Of a DNA stretch of 64,000 bases, positions 61,185 through 64,000 are shown piece by piece (the first letter of the stretch is position 1; each line of letters opens with the position of its first letter). Both the position numbers and the translations under genes were made by a program. The stretch covers positions 22,473-86,472 of the forward strand of contig CAZDEU010000002.1 of assembly GCA_964504265.1 (NCBI GenBank). Reading direction: 5' to 3'. The stretch comes from an uncultured Bacteroidales bacterium. Lineage in GTDB: Bacteria > Bacteroidota > Bacteroidia > Bacteroidales > JAKIYJ01. The notes under the pieces were generated by a model that ran no database searches, was not told the origin of the DNA, and was given only the letters and a program-made list of their open reading frames with translations.

Positions 61185-63500
61185 TTATGCACCGAATGAA
61201 GCTCCGGTACTTGTTACATTTAAATCAATTATAATGAATTCAGCAGTTTTTGTTGGTTTTAAATATAATGCACCATGAAGTTCATTTCTATCTAATGTAT
61301 CACCAGTATTATTTGTTTCATCCATTACAACTTTAAATTCATATAATCCAGCTTTTTGTTGAATCATTTCCAAATATGGATTTACTGAATTTAAAAATTG
61401 TGTATATAATTGTTGAGTTGCACCTTCAAAAACAAGGTATTTAGATGTTGATGCAATAAATTTCTTAACATTAATAAGCAATCTACGTACATTAACTCTA
61501 TCTAATGCTGAAGCTCTATTTTGCATTGTCTTTTGCCCCCAAATTGTGATACCTACATTAGGGAATGATGCAATTGGATTAATGCGTTCTTCATATAAAG
61601 AATCACGATCAGCTTGTTTTAAGTTTACATATACATCAGATGCATTTGTTAAACCACGATTTAACCCTGCAGGAGCAAACCATTCGTATCCAACTTTATC
61701 ATTATATGAAATAGCTTCAATTGCTGCAACAGAAGGTGGACACCAAACATATTTATTTTTATCTACATCTAATTTTTTAATCCATGGCCAATATGTAGCT
61801 GCATAACTACTATTTACAGAACTAACTGCATCTATTACTGTTGTAATTGTTGTTGTAGTTGGAATAACCGGATCAAATACTAAGAATGCATCACCACGAG
61901 TTTCAACCATATCAATTGCATTTGTAATTACTGCAGGAGCCAAATCATATGTTATACCAGGCATAAATACTGCATTAACATCATAATTATCAACATCACT
62001 TAATAAAGTAATTGCTCTATTAAATGCAACTGATCCACTAGCTGTATTTGCTGAAAGATCATATCCCATTACATTTGTTGCAACAGTGATATCAGTTCCC
62101 ATTTTAGATTCTATAGCAGGATCTACACCATCAAATCCACCTTGCATAGGAACAATGAATTTTCTATTAGCTACATCAGCATTTTCAAATGTTACACCAC
62201 CGTTAAAATAAACAGCACTTGACAAATTGAAATCAGCATTGTTACCAGAAATTGCATTACTAGCTATTGGTGTTAAATAATTTAAATTATCTGTTGTATC
62301 AAAATCAAAATTAAATCCAAAATGAATTTTATCATTATACTGGCTATTATATGATTGTGTTACAACCATTGATGCTGTTGGCATTACATATGAACCGCTA
62401 AATGGTTGTGATATAGCCCTAAATCCAGCAGGTACTAATGAAGGTGATAATGATTTCTTTTCTACGTTTGCTTGAATATCAACATAGATATATTTACTCA
62501 TATTTGCATAATCACCTGAAGTAATTAATTTATCAACTACAAAACTAGTAGATTTAGTACCTATTTTTTTACCAATATAATTAGTAGAATCAGGGTCTAA
62601 TGTTAGATTATTAAATTGTTCTAATACTATTTGTTGTCTATCATTATCATTAACATCTCTTACAACTACTGAAAAAGTTCCATAATCAGAACCAACTACT
62701 TCAGAAGCAAGTTTAATGTTTGTAATAGCAACCTTTACTTCTCTGTTTGTTGAAGTTCCATGTGAAATTGATTTAAATTGGAATAAATTTTGTGCTACAC
62801 CTGAAACCAATTGTGAAGTAATTATTGGAGTATAAGCTTGAGAATAATCAGTTGCTAAAGGTAATGAAATTAAATTAACTACAACTACACCTGCAGTACC
62901 AGAAGATGATACATGAAGGTCAGCATAATTTTTAAATAATGTATAATTAAATGCATCTGCGGTTGAATTAATTGGGTTTGACCCTAAAATCTTACCAATT
63001 GATCCAGTTGATGTTGATAACATTGACAATCCTGTATAAGTTTGACCAACAGTACCAACAATGTTTGTACCACTTACAATTAATGAAAAGTTTTGTGATT
63101 GTGTTGCTGCACCAACTAAAGCGCCAGATGTAAATGCTGCTGATGGTGATTTACTTGTATGATGAAGTAATCCAACTGTTTTAATTCCATAAGAACCACT
63201 TAATGTAAGAGCAATTGCACTTGCATGGCTATAGCCACCAAGCCCCAAAGTTCTTACAATTGTTGCAGTTCCAGAATTTTTAAGATATTCACGTAGAGCA
63301 ACTGGTAAATATGAATTTCCGTTTGATGCTCCAAATTTTATTTGATAATCAGCATAAGATGATACTTTCGTAGGTACAAATGCAGGCCCCTTTGTTGTTG
63401 GCCCAATAAATGCTGCACCTATTTCTGCTATCCCTTGCTGTACAAATGATTGATCGTTTTCACGAGTAAATACACCCGCTGATACTATGCGTTCTGCCAT
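61185..63500 (-). CDS. contractile tail sheath protein
   Basis: 771 aa, with N-terminal SAGVFTRENDQS and the C-terminal conserved block NPIASFPNVGITIWGQKT...ALDRVNVRRLL. Confidence 0.9.
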   Translation of the reverse strand: MAERIVSAGVFTRENDQSFVQQGIAEIGAAFIGPTTKGPAFVPTKVSSYADYQIKFGASNGNSYLPVALREYLKNSGTATIVRTLGLGGYSHASAIALTLSGSYGIKTVGLLHHTSKSPSAAFTSGALVGAATQSQNFSLIVSGTNIVGTVGQTYTGLSMLSTSTGSIGKILGSNPINSTADAFNYTLFKNYADLHVSSSGTAGVVVVNLISLPLATDYSQAYTPIITSQLVSGVAQNLFQFKSISHGTSTNREVKVAITNIKLASEVVGSDYGTFSVVVRDVNDNDRQQIVLEQFNNLTLDPDSTNYIGKKIGTKSTSFVVDKLITSGDYANMSKYIYVDIQANVEKKSLSPSLVPAGFRAISQPFSGSYVMPTASMVVTQSYNSQYNDKIHFGFNFDFDTTDNLNYLTPIASNAISGNNADFNLSSAVYFNGGVTFENADVANRKFIVPMQGGFDGVDPAIESKMGTDITVATNVMGYDLSANTASGSVAFNRAITLLSDVDNYDVNAVFMPGITYDLAPAVITNAIDMVETRGDAFLVFDPVIPTTTTITTVIDAVSSVNSSYAATYWPWIKKLDVDKNKYVWCPPSVAAIEAISYNDKVGYEWFAPAGLNRGLTNASDVYVNLKQADRDSLYEERINPIASFPNVGITIWGQKTMQNRASALDRVNVRRLLINVKKFIASTSKYLVFEGATQQLYTQFLNSVNPYLEMIQQKAGLYEFKVVMDETNNTGDTLDRNELHGALYLKPTKTAEFIIIDLNVTSTGASFGA

Positions 63501-63534
63501 TTTAGAAATTTGAATTAATTAAAATTATACTTTT

Positions 63535-63550
63535 ATATAGATAAGTATAC
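63535..63550 (-). promoter_or_regulatory. conserved upstream motif (minus strand GTATACTTATCTATAT)
   Basis: 35 nt upstream of ATG 63500. Confidence 0.4.
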
Positions 63551-63620
63551 AAATTTAATTCAAACATGCAACGACAATACATAAAAATCCCGATGTAAAC
63601 AATTTACAACGGGCAATATT

Positions 63621-63890
63621 CTATTTTATTGAAGTAAACGTGCCGTCTTGAACATTAATCTCACCTTCACCGTATTTTTCCTTTAGTTCAGCAAGAATTT
63701 GTTCTTCTTTTATTGATATTTCTTTATATTCTAATAATGCTTGTTCTTTCTTTGATTGCAAAATACTTAAATCATTTTTAAGAATTTCTTCTTGTTGTAT
63801 AATTTGACCAAGCAACAATGTATTATTAGTAATACTAGTTTGTAATTCGTTAACTTTTTTAATTTCTTCTTCGGTGATTTTTGTTTGCAT
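63621..63890 (-). CDS. hypothetical coiled-coil protein (89 aa)
   Basis: Glu/Lys/Leu/Gln-rich translation, upstream of the sheath. Confidence 0.55.
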   Translation of the reverse strand: MQTKITEEEIKKVNELQTSITNNTLLLGQIIQQEEILKNDLSILQSKKEQALLEYKEISIKEEQILAELKEKYGEGEINVQDGTFTSIK

Positions 63891-64000
63891 TATAACTTAA
63901 AATTTTTCTGTGATTACTATTTTTGTAGGTTGTATTTGTTTATATGATTGCATTTTCTTTTGCAAATTATCTGGTATTATATAACCATCCATTTTAATTT

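Overview
This is a 64-kb, AT-rich segment of a large contractile-tailed dsDNA phage. Two 60-nt samples gave 25% GC in the backbone and 38% in one accessory cassette. The layout is bipartite. Positions 1-14.3 kb carry small + strand early or accessory genes. They are driven by at least 7 copies of a promoter with Bacteroidota architecture (-33 TTG, 19-20 nt spacer, -7 TAnnTTTR), which suggests a Flavobacteriia/Bacteroidota host. Positions 14.3-64 kb are all on the minus strand. In order they hold: an 11-kb sugar-modification cluster (glycosyltransferases, methyltransferases, split transketolase, SDR epimerase, MazG); a Dda-like helicase; a solo TnpB; GroEL/GroES; a clamp loader and clamp; a TGT/DpdA-family enzyme with a GT-B-like and a QueD-like neighbour; Hsp20; an MT-A70 methylase; class II RNR; a DnaB-like helicase; FEN; RecA-like and gp32-like proteins; PolA; and a tail module (hub region, tape measure, chaperone with a slippery U8, an inserted HPRT, tube, sheath). 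The most unusual feature is at 6.77-10.29 kb. There, 8-9 imperfect inverted repeats of 96-134 bp have integron attC-like boxes (..YTAAC ... GTTR..) and follow successive small ORFs. The outer box of each element is complementary to the neighbouring element rather than to its own partner, which is the signature of cassette insertion by crossover at G|TT. No integrase lies in the window. Other items worth a second look are two ORF-free tracts (1.7 kb and 1.0 kb) with degenerate repeats, a structured RNA locus with a tRNA-like T-arm-CCA end, a truncated NAMPT gene, and a conserved motif upstream of many minus-strand genes, including tnpB. All calls come from reading the sequence and translations; no database search was run.
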